Shown: one piece after another, positions 38,919 through 50,251 of the stretch
Layout: the number at the start of each line of letters is the position of its first letter
Numbering within the stretch: position 1 is the first letter of the stretch
Origin: an uncultured Candidatus Binatia bacterium
GTDB lineage: Bacteria; Desulfobacterota; Binatia; Bin18
Direction: 5' to 3'
Length of the DNA stretch: 64,000 nt
Assembly (NCBI GenBank): GCA_965243735.1
Contig: CBDEVZ010000008.1
Coordinates: forward strand, 3,700,017 to 3,764,016
The notes under the pieces: generated by a model
Told to the model about the DNA's origin: nothing
The model's database searches: none
What the model saw: the letters and a program-made list of their open reading frames with translations, nothing else
Program-made: the position numbers and the translations under genes

Positions 38919-40229
38919 CTATCCTCTACGGCCCCGAATGCGGCCCCGTTTCATAAATCCCTCATAGTTGCGCATCATGATCTGGGTTTCCATTTGGCCG
39001 ACCGTGTCAAGGGCCACACCCACAACGATCAGCAGCGCCGTTCCGCCAAAGAAGAAAGGCACGTTAAAGAAACTGACCAGCAGGTTGGGTATGACACAAA
39101 CGATGGCCACATAGATGGCGCCACTCAGGGTAATGCGGCTCAGCACCCGGTCGATGTATTCAGCCGTCCGCTGCCCCGGCCGGATCCCGGGGATAAACCC
39201 TCCATATTTCTTCATATTGTCGGCAACGTCGGTCGGATTGAAGACGACCGCAGTATAAAAGTAACAGAAGAAAATGATCATGGCTACATAAGCCATGTTG
39301 TAGATGGAGCTGCCGGGAGCCAGGATATCGGCCACGGCCTGGGCCCATGCATGCTCGGAGAACCCGGCTATGGTTACCGGAAAAATGAGGACCGACGAGG
39401 CAAAAATAGGCGGAATGACTCCGGCGGTATTGATCTTCAGCGGCAGATGCGAGCTCTGCCCGCCGTAGACCTTGCGGCCGACCATCCGTTTGGCGTACTG
39501 CACCGGGATGCGCCGCTGAGAGCGTTCCATGAAGATCACCGCTCCAACGATGGCCACCATGCCGACCAGCAGCAACCCGACGGTCAGAATACCCAGCTCG
39601 CCCTCACGCACAAATTCGGTCGTGGCGGTCACCGCCGAGGGAATGCTGGCCACAATGCCGGCAAAAATGACCAGGGAGATACCATTACCAATGCCCCGCT
39701 CAGTAATCTGCTCGCCCAGCCACATGATGAAAGCCGTGCCAGCGGTGAGGGTAATCATGGTCATGATACGGAAACTCCAGCCGGGCTCAAAGACGACGGA
39801 GTTGCCACCCGGCGCCTGGATCTGCTCCAGGCCGACGCTGATGAAAAAACCCTGCACCAGCGACAGCCCGACCGTGCTGTAGCGCGTGTATTGGGTAATT
39901 TTTCGCCGACCCAGCTCACCCTCTTTGGACAGGCGTTCGAGGGTGGGAACCACGACGGTCAGGAGCTGCAGGATGATGGAGGCGCTGATGTAGGGCATGA
40001 TGCCCAGGGCGAAGATCGAAAAGCGCTCCAGGGCTCCGCCGGAAAACAGATTGACCAGACCAAAAACAGTGCTGGCCGCCTGTTCGAAAAAGGCGGCCAG
40101 GGATTCGCCATCAATGCCTGGCGTGGGAATGGCCACGCCAACGCGATACACCGCCAGCATGCCCAGGGTAAAAAACAGACGGCGCCGCAGTTCCGTAATC
40201 TTGGCGGCGTTTTGGAAGCCTTCGAGCAT
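38919..40229 (-). CDS. secY: Preprotein translocase subunit SecY
   Basis: '[16 protein letters not shown]', '[17 protein letters not shown]', '[10 protein letters not shown]', 'IPGIRPG'. Confidence 0.97.
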   Translation of the reverse strand: MLEGFQNAAKITELRRRLFFTLGMLAVYRVGVAIPTPGIDGESLAAFFEQAASTVFGLVNLFSGGALERFSIFALGIMPYISASIILQLLTVVVPTLERLSKEGELGRRKITQYTRYSTVGLSLVQGFFISVGLEQIQAPGGNSVVFEPGWSFRIMTMITLTAGTAFIMWLGEQITERGIGNGISLVIFAGIVASIPSAVTATTEFVREGELGILTVGLLLVGMVAIVGAVIFMERSQRRIPVQYAKRMVGRKVYGGQSSHLPLKINTAGVIPPIFASSVLIFPVTIAGFSEHAWAQAVADILAPGSSIYNMAYVAMIIFFCYFYTAVVFNPTDVADNMKKYGGFIPGIRPGQRTAEYIDRVLSRITLSGAIYVAIVCVIPNLLVSFFNVPFFFGGTALLIVVGVALDTVGQMETQIMMRNYEGFMKRGRIRGRRG

Positions 40230-40231
40230 GA

Positions 40232-40669
40232 TTATCCGACCTCGGCCACCCCGCCGGCGGCGGTGATCTTCTCCCGCGCCTGCCGGCTGAAGGCATCGGC
40301 TCTGACGGTCAGCGCCTTGGTGCACTCACCGCTGGCCAGGATTTTGATCTTTTTCCTGCCCCGCACCAAACCCGACGCGCGCAGAACGTCGGCGTCAATA
40401 CGCGTTCCAGCATCAAAACGCTCCAGGCTGCGGAGGTTTACGACCTGGTACTCAGTCCGAAACGGGTTATGAAAGCCGCGCTTGGGCAGGCGCCGGGCGA
40501 GCGGCATCTGGCCGCCCTCGTAGCCGGGCGACAACGTGGAGCCGGAACGCGAGCCCTCACCCTTATGGCCCCGCCCGGCGGTCTTGCCCTGACCCGAGCC
40601 GGGGCCGCGGCCGAGCCGCTTGCGGTTTTTTGTTGCCCCGGCGGCCGGTTTGAGATGACTAAGATCCAT
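40232..40669 (-). CDS. rplO: 50S ribosomal protein L15
   Basis: 'RLGRGPGSGQGKTAGRGHKG', 'YEGGQMPL.RRLPKRGF'. Confidence 0.96.
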   Translation of the reverse strand: MDLSHLKPAAGATKNRKRLGRGPGSGQGKTAGRGHKGEGSRSGSTLSPGYEGGQMPLARRLPKRGFHNPFRTEYQVVNLRSLERFDAGTRIDADVLRASGLVRGRKKIKILASGECTKALTVRADAFSRQAREKITAAGGVAEVG

Positions 40670-40856
40670 GCGCCCGTACCTCAATCAGATGGTGGACTTT
40701 TCTGAGCCTGCCCTGCAGCGAGGGCGAGTTGTTGCGGAGCACAGTCTTTTCCCGGTGGGTCAGGCCGAGGCCGCGCAACGTTTCACGCTGACGGCGGGTC
40801 TGGCCAATCCCACTCCGTTTAAGCGTGATTTCCAGCACATTTGACGTTTCACTCAT
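40659..40856 (-). CDS. rpmD: 50S ribosomal protein L30
   Basis: 'ITLKRSGIG...TLRGLGL'; position between rpsE and rplO. Confidence 0.92.
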   Translation of the reverse strand: MSETSNVLEITLKRSGIGQTRRQRETLRGLGLTHREKTVLRNNSPSLQGRLRKVHHLIEVRAHGS

Positions 40857-41374
40857 CGCCCTTCACCTCGTAATTCTTCAACGCTTTTTCCCAGGCGTTC
40901 GGCAACCTGCTCGGGCAGAGCCAGACTGCGCAGCGCTTCCAGGGTCGCCCGCACGGAGTTGTGCGAATTGGTCGAACCCAGGCATTTGGTGAGCGCATTG
41001 CGTACGCCGGCCAACTCCATGACGGCGCGGACCCCACCACCGGCGATCAGGCCGGTGCCTTGCGAGGCCGGCTTCAACAGCACCCGTCCGGCCCCATGCC
41101 GGCCAATCACCTCATAGGGCAGCGTTCCCTCGATGAGCGGCACATGGATCAGGGCTTTCTTCGCCTTCTCCACCCCTTTACGAATAGCTTCCGGAACCTC
41201 GTGCGCTTTGCCGAGTCCATAGCCAACATGGCCCTCGCCGTCCCCGGCGACGACCACCGCGCTAAAGCTGAAGCGTCGGCCACCTTTGACCACCTTGCTG
41301 ACCCGGTTGATATGGACAACGCGTTCTTTGATATCAAGCCCCTCGGCATTGATTCGTTCATCGGCAGGAGTCAC
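40853..41374 (-). CDS. rpsE: 30S ribosomal protein S5
   Basis: '[14 protein letters not shown]', 'GTGLIAGG'. Confidence 0.97.
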   Translation of the reverse strand: MTPADERINAEGLDIKERVVHINRVSKVVKGGRRFSFSAVVVAGDGEGHVGYGLGKAHEVPEAIRKGVEKAKKALIHVPLIEGTLPYEVIGRHGAGRVLLKPASQGTGLIAGGGVRAVMELAGVRNALTKCLGSTNSHNSVRATLEALRSLALPEQVAERLGKSVEELRGEGR

Positions 41375-41385
41375 GCCTCGCCTCC

Positions 41386-41751
41386 TTAGAATTGCAGGCC
41401 AGCCTCGCGGGCGGCTTCGGCAACCGCCCGGATACGGCCATGATACAGAAAGCCGTTACGGTCGAAAATGACACGCTCGATACCTCGCTCCTGGCACTTG
41501 TGGGCGATCATCGTCCCGACGACCTTAGCCGCATCAACGTCGGTGGTTTTCTTGGTGCCGTCGAAGTCGCTCGACAAGGTTGAGGCCGTCAACAGGGTTT
41601 GACCGCTCTGATCAGAGATCACCTGGACATACAGATGTTTGCTGCTACGGTAGACGCTCAGACGAGGACGGCTGTCTGTCCCCCGTACGCCTCGGCGAAC
41701 CCGTTTTTTACGGACCAGCCTGCCGTGTTCCCGAATATGTGTCCGCGCCAT
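41386..41751 (-). CDS. rplR: 50S ribosomal protein L18
   Basis: C-terminal part of ORF 41386-42045; '[12 protein letters not shown]', '[11 protein letters not shown]'. Confidence 0.95.
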   Translation of the reverse strand: MARTHIREHGRLVRKKRVRRGVRGTDSRPRLSVYRSSKHLYVQVISDQSGQTLLTASTLSSDFDGTKKTTDVDAAKVVGTMIAHKCQERGIERVIFDRNGFLYHGRIRAVAEAAREAGLQF

Positions 41752-41755
41752 GGTC

Positions 41756-42304
41756 TCACTGCGCTCCTCCGGCAGCGGTTTTGCCGGCTTTTCTCCGAAT
41801 ATGCTCCTCGGCGTATTTGATGCCCTTGCCCTTATACGGTTCGGGCGGACGCAGGCGGCGAATCGCGGCCGCGACCTCGCCCAGCAACTGTTTGTCGATC
41901 CCTTCGAGCGTGATCTCGGTCTGTCGCTCAATCTTGGCCTGCACGCCCGGGGGCAGCTGGAAGATGATGGGATGAGAATAGCCCAGGGTGAACGTGATGC
42001 TATCGCCCGCGCCTTCGGCCCGGTAGCCCACGCCGTTAACCTCAAGCACCCGGGAGAATCCGCTGCTGACGCCCTGGACCATATTGGCGATCAGCTTCCG
42101 CGTCAGACCGTGCAGCGATTTGGCTTTATGGGATTCGTCCCGACGGGTGACGGCCACCTGTCCCGGCGTGATCTGGATCGCCAGGCAGGGGTCAACGCCG
42201 AAGTCCAGTTTGCCTTTTGGCCCTTCGGCGGTCACGGTTCCGTTATGTTCAGACACGGTGACGGAGTCTGGAATGGGCACGGGCCAGCGTCCAATACCGG
42301 GCAT
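41756..42304 (-). CDS. rplF: 50S ribosomal protein L6
   Basis: 'GPKG', 'GVGYRA', 'RPPEPYKGKG'. Confidence 0.96.
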   Translation of the reverse strand: MPGIGRWPVPIPDSVTVSEHNGTVTAEGPKGKLDFGVDPCLAIQITPGQVAVTRRDESHKAKSLHGLTRKLIANMVQGVSSGFSRVLEVNGVGYRAEGAGDSITFTLGYSHPIIFQLPPGVQAKIERQTEITLEGIDKQLLGEVAAAIRRLRPPEPYKGKGIKYAEEHIRRKAGKTAAGGAQ

Positions 42305-42325
42305 GACTGTCCTCTCTTTTCCGTC

Positions 42326-42721
42326 TTACCACAGGCTGCACAAGATCTCGCCGCCGACATGCTGTTTGCGCGCCTCGCGGTCGACGAGCACCCCGCGAGA
42401 GGTCGAGACAATGCTCACCCCGAGGCCGTTGCGCACCAGGGGAATCTCACCCGCTCCGACATATTTGCGCAGGCTGGGTTTGCTCTCGCGTTGCAGTCCG
42501 AGCAGGGTCGGACGACCGCTCGCGTCGTACTTGAGCTGGATCCGTAACATCCGGCGGGGCCCGTCCTGGACGGTGCTCAACTCGGTGATATAGCCTTCCT
42601 GCTTCATCACCGTCGCGATCGCTTCCTTGATACGCGACCACGGGCAATCCACGCGCTCCTTGCGTGCGTGCAGGGCGTTACGCACGCACGACAACATGTC
42701 TGCAATCGGGTCTGCGATCAT
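42326..42721 (-). CDS. rpsH: 30S ribosomal protein S8
   Basis: 'DPIADML..VRNA', 'SKPSLRKY', 'STSRGV...GGEILC'. Confidence 0.96.
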   Translation of the reverse strand: MIADPIADMLSCVRNALHARKERVDCPWSRIKEAIATVMKQEGYITELSTVQDGPRRMLRIQLKYDASGRPTLLGLQRESKPSLRKYVGAGEIPLVRNGLGVSIVSTSRGVLVDREARKQHVGGEILCSLW

Positions 42722-42729
42722 ACCTGCCT

Positions 42730-42915
42730 CTACCAGCTGGCCTTGGTCAGACCAGGAATCTGTCCCAGCAGCGCCAAATCCCGCAGGCACAAGCGGCACA
42801 TCCGGAAACGCCGATAAAAACCACGCGAGCGCCCACACAAGGGACAGCGGTTGTACTGGCGGACCTTGAATCGCGGTTTGCGTTCAGCTTTTACTCGTAG
42901 ACATGTTCGCGCCAT
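42730..42915 (-). CDS. rpsZ: 30S ribosomal protein S14, type Z (zinc-binding)
   Basis: 61 aa, 'NRCPLCGR...MCRLCLR...PGLTKASW'. Confidence 0.95.
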   Translation of the reverse strand: MARTCLRVKAERKPRFKVRQYNRCPLCGRSRGFYRRFRMCRLCLRDLALLGQIPGLTKASW

Positions 42916-42916
42916 A

Positions 42917-43456
42917 TTAACTCCGAAACGGCATCCCCATGGCCCGCAACAGGGCACGCCCCTCTGCGTCGGTCCGGGCAGAGGTGACCATGGTAACGGT
43001 CAGGCCTTTCACCTGCTCGACTTTATCCAGATTGATCTCCGGGAAAATAGTATGCTCCCGGATCCCCAGCGAATAGTTCCCGCGCCCGTCAAAAGCGCGT
43101 TCAGAAACTCCCCGAAAGTCCCGCACCCGGGGCAGGGCGACGTTGACCAGACGGTCGAAAAATTCGTACATGATCTCGCCCCGCAGGGTCACCGCGCAGC
43201 CAATCGGCATGCCCTCGCGCAGCTTGAAGTTGGCGATCGATTTATGGGCCTTGGTCACCACCGGTTTCTGACCGGCAATCAGGCTCAGCTCGGCCGCCCC
43301 GCTTTCGATCAGCTTGGTGTTCTGGACGGCGTCTCCCAGCCCCATGTTGAGGGCGATCTTTTCCAGCTGGGGGACTTGCATGATATTGCGGTAGCCCAAC
43401 TCTTGTCTGAGGGCGGGCAACACTCGGCTGTGGTAAACGTCTTTGAGGCGTGCCAT
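42917..43456 (-). CDS. rplE: 50S ribosomal protein L5
   Basis: '[15 protein letters not shown]', 'LPRVRDFRG', 'FDGRGNY'. Confidence 0.97.
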   Translation of the reverse strand: MARLKDVYHSRVLPALRQELGYRNIMQVPQLEKIALNMGLGDAVQNTKLIESGAAELSLIAGQKPVVTKAHKSIANFKLREGMPIGCAVTLRGEIMYEFFDRLVNVALPRVRDFRGVSERAFDGRGNYSLGIREHTIFPEINLDKVEQVKGLTVTMVTSARTDAEGRALLRAMGMPFRS

Positions 43457-43474
43457 TAGGTCTTCCAGTGTGTC

Positions 43475-43843
43475 TCAGAGCACCTCGGGAGCCAGCGAAA
43501 TAATCTTCATGAAACGCTTGGCGCGTAACTCCCGTGCGACCGGACCAAAAATACGCGTCCCAATCGGCTCCCGCTGGTTGTCGAGCAGAACCGCCGAGTT
43601 GGTATCGAAGCGAATGTAGGATCCGTCCGGTCGGCCGATTTCCTTGGCCGTCCTGACGATCACGGCGCGCATGATATCACCTTTTTTGACCTTGGTGTTG
43701 GGCAGCGCCTCGCGCACCGAGACGATGATCTCGTCGCCAACAGAGGCGTAGCGCCGTCGCGTTCCGCCCAGGACTCGGATGCAACGGACCGCACGAGCGC
43801 CGGAGTTATCGGCGACATCCAGCACGGTTTCGACCTGTACCAT
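43475..43843 (-). CDS. rplN: 50S ribosomal protein L14
   Basis: 'VADNSGAR', '[12 protein letters not shown]', 'SLAPEVL'. Confidence 0.97.
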   Translation of the reverse strand: MVQVETVLDVADNSGARAVRCIRVLGGTRRRYASVGDEIIVSVREALPNTKVKKGDIMRAVIVRTAKEIGRPDGSYIRFDTNSAVLLDNQREPIGTRIFGPVARELRAKRFMKIISLAPEVL

Positions 43844-43861
43844 CCCAGACTCCTTTACCCC

Positions 43862-44119
43862 TCAGTCCACATTTGCCGGTCTGAGAACGGTCTGCACCCG
43901 CCAGTTTTTCTCTTTGCTCAGCGGCCGTGTCTCAACAATGGACACTCGGTCCCCGAGGCGGCAGCGGTTCTCGGGGTCGTGCACCTTGTATTTCTTGCGT
44001 TGGCGGACGTATTTGCGGTACATGGGATGCTGCACGAGGCGCTCCACCCGCACGACGGCGGTCTTGTCCATCTTATCACTGACGACAATTCCCTGGCGTG
44101 TTTTTCGCTGTCCAGCCAT
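43862..44119 (-). CDS. rpsQ: 30S ribosomal protein S17
   Basis: '[11 protein letters not shown]', '[11 protein letters not shown]'. Confidence 0.96.
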   Translation of the reverse strand: MAGQRKTRQGIVVSDKMDKTAVVRVERLVQHPMYRKYVRQRKKYKVHDPENRCRLGDRVSIVETRPLSKEKNWRVQTVLRPANVD

Positions 44120-44127
44120 GGTGTTTC

Positions 44128-44334
44128 CTACTCTTGCGCCTGTCCGGCGCGCGCACGTTCGTGTCGAATAGTTTTGAGCCGGGCCAAGTCGCGGCGCAGC
44201 AGCCGCGCCTGCATGGGGTTGTCAACCTGGCCAGTCCCTTTTCGCATACGGACCCGGAAGAGTTCTTCGGTCAACTCGCGCTCTTTTTGGCGGGCTTCAT
44301 CCTCGGTCAACTCACGTATCTCACGCGCTCGCAT
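44128..44334 (-). CDS. rpmC: 50S ribosomal protein L29
   Basis: 'MRAREIREL...ELFRVRM...RRDLARLKT'. Confidence 0.93.
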   Translation of the reverse strand: MRAREIRELTEDEARQKERELTEELFRVRMRKGTGQVDNPMQARLLRRDLARLKTIRHERARAGQAQE

Positions 44335-44749
44335 AGGGGGTCTCACTCCGGTTTCGAATTTGGGTGCTGACTGAGAGCTTGTGCGCGGCGAGCCGCAGAG
44401 CTTCGTAGGCCAGCTCTTCAGGTACCCCTTCCATCTCAAATATCATATGGCCGGGCTTGACCACCGCCACCCAGAACTCCGGGCCGCCCTTGCCTTTGCC
44501 CATGCGGGTTTCGGCCGGCTTCTTGCTCACCGGCTTGTGGGGGAAGACCCGAATCCAGATCTGTCCGCCGCGTCTGGCGTGGCGGGTGAGCGCGATCCGG
44601 GCCGCCTCGATCTCGCGGGCGGTGACCCAACCCAACTCGGTCGACTGCAAGCCATACTCACCAAAAGCCAGGGCGTTACCGCGCTGGGCGATACCGCGCA
44701 TTTTGCCGCGGTGGTGTTTCCGGTAGCGAACTTTTTTGGGAGCAAGCAT
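44321..44749 (-). CDS. rplP: 50S ribosomal protein L16
   Basis: '[11 protein letters not shown]', 'RMGKGKG'. Confidence 0.97.
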   Translation of the reverse strand: MLAPKKVRYRKHHRGKMRGIAQRGNALAFGEYGLQSTELGWVTAREIEAARIALTRHARRGGQIWIRVFPHKPVSKKPAETRMGKGKGGPEFWVAVVKPGHMIFEMEGVPEELAYEALRLAAHKLSVSTQIRNRSETPYASA

Positions 44750-44782
44750 CGCGCAAAGTCCTTATTTGTGGGTGCAACAGCC

Positions 44783-45445
44783 TCAGGCGCCAATGGCGTT
44801 CCGCTGCTGTTCCTCTTCGCGGGTGAGGACCTCGCCGCGAAAAATCCACACCTTAACCCCAATGATCCCGTAGGTCGTCTTCGCCTCTGCCGTGCCGTAG
44901 CTGATATCGGCGCGCAGGGTATGGAGGGGAACGCGGCCCTCCCGATACCACTCGGTCCGGGCAATTTCTGCCCCGGCCAGACGGCCTGAGCAGCGGACCT
45001 TGACGCCCTGGGCGCCCATCCGGATTGCCCGCGCCACGCTCTCTTTCATCGCCCGCCGAAAGGCCACCCGACGCTCAAGCTGGAGCGCTACGTTTTCAGC
45101 CACCAGCTGACCGTCGAGGTCGGGCCGACGCACCTCGTGGATGTTGAGGTAGACCTCGCGCTCGGTCAAACCCGACAACTCCGATTTGAGCTTATCAATC
45201 TCGGCCCCTTTTTTGCCGATCACAATGCCCGGCCGAGAGGTATAAATATTAATTTTGGCTTTGTTGGCCGCCCGTTCGATCTCGATCTTGGACAGTCCGG
45301 CGTGGTACAGCCGCTTCTTGATGAAGGACCGCAGGCGCAGGTCTTCGTGCAACAAGTCGGCGTATTCTTTCTCGGCAAACCAGCGTGACTCCCAGCTTTC
45401 CAGCACGCCGAGACGAAATCCTTTGGGATGAACTTTCTGACCCAT
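44783..45445 (-). CDS. rpsC: 30S ribosomal protein S3
   Basis: '[13 protein letters not shown]', '[12 protein letters not shown]'. Confidence 0.97.
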   Translation of the reverse strand: MGQKVHPKGFRLGVLESWESRWFAEKEYADLLHEDLRLRSFIKKRLYHAGLSKIEIERAANKAKINIYTSRPGIVIGKKGAEIDKLKSELSGLTEREVYLNIHEVRRPDLDGQLVAENVALQLERRVAFRRAMKESVARAIRMGAQGVKVRCSGRLAGAEIARTEWYREGRVPLHTLRADISYGTAEAKTTYGIIGVKVWIFRGEVLTREEEQQRNAIGA

Positions 45446-45454
45446 GCGTTTCTC

Positions 45455-45790
45455 CTACTTTCCTTCGTCAACAACGACCGTGAAGTGGCTGGTGCGTTTC
45501 CGAATCGGGGTAGCCCGTCCGTGGGCCCGTGGCCTGAAGCGTTTCAGCGTAGCGCCGCCGTCAATATGGACGCGCTTGATGTACAGATCGTCAGGATCAA
45601 CGTTTTGGGTATCGGTGGCGTTGGCGATGGCGGAACGCAGCGTTTTGGCCAGAATACTGGCCGCTTTCTTGGGAGTGAAACGCAGCACCAGCAACGCCTC
45701 TTCGACCTGCTTGCCACGAATCAGGTCGGCCACAAGACGGGCCTTACGTGGGGACATCCGCACCTGGCGCGCGATGGCTCTTACTTCCAT
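45455..45790 (-). CDS. rplV: 50S ribosomal protein L22
   Basis: 'RMSPRKARLVADLIRG', 'RFRPRAHGRA'. AGGAG upstream of the ATG at 45790. Confidence 0.96.
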   Translation of the reverse strand: MEVRAIARQVRMSPRKARLVADLIRGKQVEEALLVLRFTPKKAASILAKTLRSAIANATDTQNVDPDDLYIKRVHIDGGATLKRFRPRAHGRATPIRKRTSHFTVVVDEGK

Positions 45791-45800
45791 AGGGGCGCTC

Positions 45801-46082
45801 CTATCGCCTTCTCTCGCCTTTTCGATCACCGGCGTGGCCGTAGAACGTCCGGGTTGGAGAAAATTCTCCGAGTTTATGGCCGACCATGTTTTCGGTCACA
45901 TAGACCGGGACAAACCTGCGACCGTTATGGACGGCAAAGGTATAGCCAATCATCTCGGGAATGATGGTTGAACGCCGGGACCAAGTCCGGATAACCTTCC
46001 TGTCTCCGCTGTCCGACACGGCCTGCACCTTTTTCATCAGGTGCTCGTCAACAAAGGGACCTTTTTTGACCGAACGCGGCAT
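45801..46082 (-). CDS. rpsS: 30S ribosomal protein S19
   Basis: '[12 protein letters not shown]', '[11 protein letters not shown]'. Confidence 0.97.
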   Translation of the reverse strand: MPRSVKKGPFVDEHLMKKVQAVSDSGDRKVIRTWSRRSTIIPEMIGYTFAVHNGRRFVPVYVTENMVGHKLGEFSPTRTFYGHAGDRKGERRR

Positions 46083-46084
46083 GG

Positions 46085-46906
46085 CTATTTCTTTCTCTTC
46101 TGCACGATATATTTATCGGTCCGCGGGTTACGGCGGGTTTTATGACCTTTGGCCAACACTCCCCACGGGCTCTGGGGGTGGTTGCCCTTGCTCTGACCTT
46201 CACCGCCGCCATGGGGGTGATCGATAGGGTTCATGGCGATACCGCGCACGTGCGGCCGGATGCCAAACCAGCGTGAACGTCCAGCTTTTCCGTAACGGAC
46301 ATTTTCGTGGTCGGTATTGCCGACTTGGCCAATGGTCGCCCGACACCGCTGATGGATCAGGCGCATCTCACCGGACGGCATTTTGAGCGTCGCATAGTCG
46401 CCCTCCTTGGCCATCAGCTGGGCAGACGTGCCAGCCCCGCGCACCAACTGTCCGCCGGCGCCGATCTTCAACTCAATATTATGCACCTGAGTTCCGAGCG
46501 GGATATTACGCAGCGCCAGGGTATTGCCGGGCTGGATGTCGGCCCCCTCGCCGGACATCACTTGGCCGCCGACGGCGAGGCCGACCGGAGCCAGAATGTA
46601 GCGTTTCTCGCCGTCCCGGTAGTGGAGTAGGGCGATATGGGCGGAGCGGTTGGGATCGTACTCGATAGAGGCGACCGTAGCCGGCACACCATCTTTTTCG
46701 CGGTGAAAGTCGATAATCCGATACCGCCGCTTGTGGCCCCCGCCCCGATGCAGGTTGGTGATGCGGCCACGGTTGTTGCGCCCGCCACGCTTGTGGAGCG
46801 GAGCCAGCAGAGGGCGTTCGGGCGAATTCTTGCTCAGATCCTGAGCACTCGACACACTCTGCGAACGGCGGCCAGGAGAGGTCGGTTTGTAGACGCGAAT
46901 CGCCAT
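46085..46906 (-). CDS. rplB: 50S ribosomal protein L2
   Basis: '[11 protein letters not shown]', '[13 protein letters not shown]'. Confidence 0.97.
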   Translation of the reverse strand: MAIRVYKPTSPGRRSQSVSSAQDLSKNSPERPLLAPLHKRGGRNNRGRITNLHRGGGHKRRYRIIDFHREKDGVPATVASIEYDPNRSAHIALLHYRDGEKRYILAPVGLAVGGQVMSGEGADIQPGNTLALRNIPLGTQVHNIELKIGAGGQLVRGAGTSAQLMAKEGDYATLKMPSGEMRLIHQRCRATIGQVGNTDHENVRYGKAGRSRWFGIRPHVRGIAMNPIDHPHGGGEGQSKGNHPQSPWGVLAKGHKTRRNPRTDKYIVQKRKK

Positions 46907-46909
46907 CGG

Positions 46910-47203
46910 CTAGGCTCCTTCAAAGAAATCGATGCGATCCCCGGCGGCCAGGGTGACATAGGCCTTTTTCCAGGCCGGTTTGCGACCGACCGACCGACCG
47001 ACGCGGCGGGTTTTGCCCAGATACTGGATCGTCCGGACCTGGGCGACTTTGACCTGGAAGAGCTGCTCCACCGCCCGCTTGATTTCTATTTTGTTGGCCT
47101 GAGGGTGCACCTTGAAGACAACCTGGTTGCCGGTCGCATTGACCAGAGTTGCCTTTTCGGTAATCAGCGGGGCGGCAAGAATGGTGTGGGGATTCTGATT
47201 CAT
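46910..47203 (-). CDS. rplW: 50S ribosomal protein L23
   Basis: 'PLITEKA', '[11 protein letters not shown]', 'WKKAYVTL'. Confidence 0.96.
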   Translation of the reverse strand: MNQNPHTILAAPLITEKATLVNATGNQVVFKVHPQANKIEIKRAVEQLFQVKVAQVRTIQYLGKTRRVGRSVGRKPAWKKAYVTLAAGDRIDFFEGA

Positions 47204-47838
47204 GGTGCAAGCCTCTGGCTCACCCGCTCAAGCGCCGCCTGGGTGAACAGACAGTGCTGATAGCGCAACAGATCGTATACATTGAGACCAATGCAGCGTA
47301 AGACTTTGACCTGCGGCAGATTCCGGGCTGCGCGTTCGACCGTCTGATCGGCATCGGCAATCACGACTAGGACGCCACTGGTGAGTTCCAGGCGGGACAA
47401 GAATTCCACCATGTGTTTGGTTTTCGGCTCGGGCAGAACGATCTGATCGACAACGGTCAGGTTTCCGTCGCGCTGCTTGTGGGCAAGGGCGGCACACAGA
47501 GCGGTGCGACGCGCACTGCGGGGCAGACGGTAGGCGTACGAGCGGGGCTGTGGACCAAAGGTGGTTCCCCCCCCGACCCACAGCGGGGAACGGTTGCTGC
47601 CGGCTCTGGCCCGACCGGTCCCCTTCTGGCGCCACGGTTTCTTTCCTCCGCCGCGAACCTGGCTGCGCGTCTTTGTAGCTGCAGTACCGGCCCGACGCCC
47701 GGCGCGCTGCATTTTGACCATCTCGTACAGGAGGTGCTCGCGCGGGGGCTGAGCCGCAATGGCGGCGGGAAGTTCGATTTCGCCCACCGTCTCACGCTCA
47801 GGCGAGAGGACCGGAATCCGTACTGCTTGCGCGTCCAC
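47200..47838 (-). CDS. rplD: 50S ribosomal protein L4
   Basis: 'KPWRQKGTGRARAG', 'GGGTTFGP'. Confidence 0.96.
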   Translation of the reverse strand: MDAQAVRIPVLSPERETVGEIELPAAIAAQPPREHLLYEMVKMQRAGRRAGTAATKTRSQVRGGGKKPWRQKGTGRARAGSNRSPLWVGGGTTFGPQPRSYAYRLPRSARRTALCAALAHKQRDGNLTVVDQIVLPEPKTKHMVEFLSRLELTSGVLVVIADADQTVERAARNLPQVKVLRCIGLNVYDLLRYQHCLFTQAALERVSQRLAP

Positions 47839-47843
47839 CGTCC

Positions 47844-48476
47844 CTATCCTTTCTTGGTCTTGCTGAGTGTGACAATGCCGCCACGCGCGCCCGGTACGGC
47901 CCCGTGGACGAGAACCAGATGCTCTTCGGAGCGAATGGCAACAATGCGCAGGTTCTTGGTCGTCGTGCGGGCGTTGCCATACTGGCCGGCCATGGACTTG
48001 CCCTTGAAAATTTTGCCCGGGTAGGCACAGTTGCCGATCGCCCCACCATGCCGAAAGTACTCATGGGTGCCGTGGCTGGCGGGCGTACCGCTCATGCCGT
48101 GGCGCTTCATGACCCCGGTGTAGCCCCGTCCCTTTGTCCTGCCAACAACGTCAACCCGCTCTCCGGTCTGAAAAATCTGCTCGGCGGTGATTTGGTTCCC
48201 GACCTCGTAGCCTTCGACTTCAGGCATCCGAAATTCGCGTAATACCTCAAACGGACCCGAGCCGGCGGCCTGGCAGTGGCCAGCAACAGGCTTACTCACC
48301 CGCTGGGGTTTCCGGCTGCCAAAGCCGAGTTGCAGGGCGACATAGCCGTCTTTTTGCTCGGTCTTCTTTTGGACGACCGTGCAGGGTCCGGTCTGGATAA
48401 CGGTTACCGGGACCAGCGTCCCCTGTTCGGTAAAGACCTGACTCATGCCCAGTTTTCGCCCGATTAAGCCATGCAT
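47844..48476 (-). CDS. rplC: 50S ribosomal protein L3
   Basis: '[10 protein letters not shown]', '[12 protein letters not shown]', 'GKSMAGQYG'. Confidence 0.96.
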   Translation of the reverse strand: MHGLIGRKLGMSQVFTEQGTLVPVTVIQTGPCTVVQKKTEQKDGYVALQLGFGSRKPQRVSKPVAGHCQAAGSGPFEVLREFRMPEVEGYEVGNQITAEQIFQTGERVDVVGRTKGRGYTGVMKRHGMSGTPASHGTHEYFRHGGAIGNCAYPGKIFKGKSMAGQYGNARTTTKNLRIVAIRSEEHLVLVHGAVPGARGGIVTLSKTKKG

Positions 48477-48485
48477 AGCGCTTCC

Positions 48486-48803
48486 TTACTCAAGCTTGAT
48501 CTCTACATCAACGCCGGCGGCGAGTTCCAGTTTTCCCAGCGCATCAATGGTCTGCTGGGTGGGATCAAGAATGTCCAAGAGACGTTTATGGGTTCGGATT
48601 TCGAACTGTTCGCGCGACTTTTTATCCACGTGGGGAGAGCGGTTGACGGTGAAGCGCTCTATCCGGGTCGGCAGAGGAATGGGGCCGGCCACCCTCCCCC
48701 CGGTCCGCTTGACCGTCTCAACAATCTCTTTGACCGACTGATCCAAGACACGGTGATCGTAAGCTTTCAGGCGGATCCGGATCTTTTCGTTCATGATATT
48801 CAT
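48486..48803 (-). CDS. rpsJ: 30S ribosomal protein S10 (start 48803 or 48794)
   Basis: '[12 protein letters not shown]', 'GPIPLPT', '[12 protein letters not shown]'. Confidence 0.97.
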   Translation of the reverse strand: MNIMNEKIRIRLKAYDHRVLDQSVKEIVETVKRTGGRVAGPIPLPTRIERFTVNRSPHVDKKSREQFEIRTHKRLLDILDPTQQTIDALGKLELAAGVDVEIKLE

Positions 48804-48858
48804 ACAACTGGACCCATTGTCTCAGCAAGCGACGCCGCAGATCCGTCCTTGACGGCCA

Positions 48859-50037
48859 TTACTCCAAGATTTTAGCGACGACCCCAGCCCCCACCGTGCG
48901 GCCCCCCTCCCGAATCGCAAACCGGAGCCCCTCGTCCATCGCTATCGGTGTCAATAACGTTACCGTCATCTGCGTGTTATCCCCCGGCATCACCATCTCG
49001 GTCCCCGCCGGTAAGGCCACCGTCCCCGTCACGTCCGTCGTCCGAAAGTAAAACTGTGGCCGGTAGTTGTTGAAAAACGGCGTATGCCGCCCCCCCTCTT
49101 CTTTGGTCAACACGTACACCTCGGCCTCGTACCGGGTGTGCGGCGTGATGCTCCCCGGCTGCGCTAACACTTGCCCCCGCTCGATCTCTTCCCGCTTGAT
49201 CCCCCGGAGCAGACACCCCACGTTGTCCCCCGCTTGCCCCACGTCCAGCAGCTTGCGGAACATCTCCACCCCCGTCACCGTCGTCTTCTCCGTCGCCCGA
49301 ATCCCCACGATCTCCACCTCTTCCCCGACTTTGATCTGCCCCCGCTCAATCCGCCCGGTCGCTACCGTTCCCCGACCCGAAATCGAAAAGACGTCTTCGA
49401 CCGACATCAAAAACGGCTTGTCCACTTCCCGCTCGGGCTCCGGAATGAAACTGTCCACCGCCGCCATTAGTTCGAGAATTGACGCCGTGTCGGCGCCCTC
49501 TAAGGCGTCTAAGGCACTCCCCCGGATGATCGGCGTGTCGTCACCCGGAAATTCGTACTTCGACAGCAGTTCCCGCACTTCCAACTCCACCAGGTCCAGC
49601 AGCTCTTCGTCATCCACCATGTCCACTTTGTTCATGTACACCACAATCGCCGGCACCCCCACTTGGCGCGCCAACAGGATATGCTCCCGCGTCTGTGGCA
49701 TCGGCCCGTCGGTCGCCGCCACCACTAATATCGCTCCGTCCATCTGCGCCGCCCCGGTGATCATGTTCTTGATGTAGTCCGCGTGCCCCGGACAGTCCAC
49801 GTGCGCATAGTGGCGCTGCTCGGTCTCGTACTCCACGTGCGCCGTGTTGATCGTGATCCCCCGCTCTTTCTCTTCGGGCGCTTTGTCAATCTCTTCAAAC
49901 GCAATCGCCTGCGCCATCGCTCGCTCCGCTAACACTTTCGTGATCGCGGCCGTCAGCGTGGTCTTCCCATGGTCAATGTGCCCGATCGTCCCTACGTTCA
50001 CGTGCGGCTTACTCCGCTCAAACCGCTCCTTCGCCAT
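48859..50037 (-). CDS. tuf: Elongation factor Tu, copy 1
   Basis: 'GHIDHGKT', '[12 protein letters not shown]', 'NKVD'. Confidence 0.98.
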   Translation of the reverse strand: MAKERFERSKPHVNVGTIGHIDHGKTTLTAAITKVLAERAMAQAIAFEEIDKAPEEKERGITINTAHVEYETEQRHYAHVDCPGHADYIKNMITGAAQMDGAILVVAATDGPMPQTREHILLARQVGVPAIVVYMNKVDMVDDEELLDLVELEVRELLSKYEFPGDDTPIIRGSALDALEGADTASILELMAAVDSFIPEPEREVDKPFLMSVEDVFSISGRGTVATGRIERGQIKVGEEVEIVGIRATEKTTVTGVEMFRKLLDVGQAGDNVGCLLRGIKREEIERGQVLAQPGSITPHTRYEAEVYVLTKEEGGRHTPFFNNYRPQFYFRTTDVTGTVALPAGTEMVMPGDNTQMTVTLLTPIAMDEGLRFAIREGGRTVGAGVVAKILE

Positions 50038-50175
50038 GTCTCTCGCTCCTTCGCTGCTGAAAGTTCGTCGTAATCTGGGAGGGATCTGTGTGACAGAGGG
50101 AGGTGGGATGGTCTTCGCTCAGCGATCGTTTCGTATCCCCTGCTCTCTTCCCAGCGCTCCACTCAAGAGGTGGCA

Positions 50176-50203
50176 ATTGTACGGACTATTTCACAAGAGT
50201 CAA
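50176..50203 (-). promoter_or_regulatory. Sigma70-like promoter upstream of tuf copy 1
   Basis: Minus strand TTGACT (50203-50198), 16 nt, TACAAT (50181-50176) in the rpsG-tuf spacer. Confidence 0.65.
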
Positions 50204-50251
50204 CCGGCCTGTGGGCCAAGCCGGTATGAAAGAACCCGCGTTCTCCCGCTT

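Noticed and set aside
41386-42045. 219-aa ORF suggesting an extended L18
   Set aside because: The extension overlaps rplF out of frame; L18 starts at 41751.
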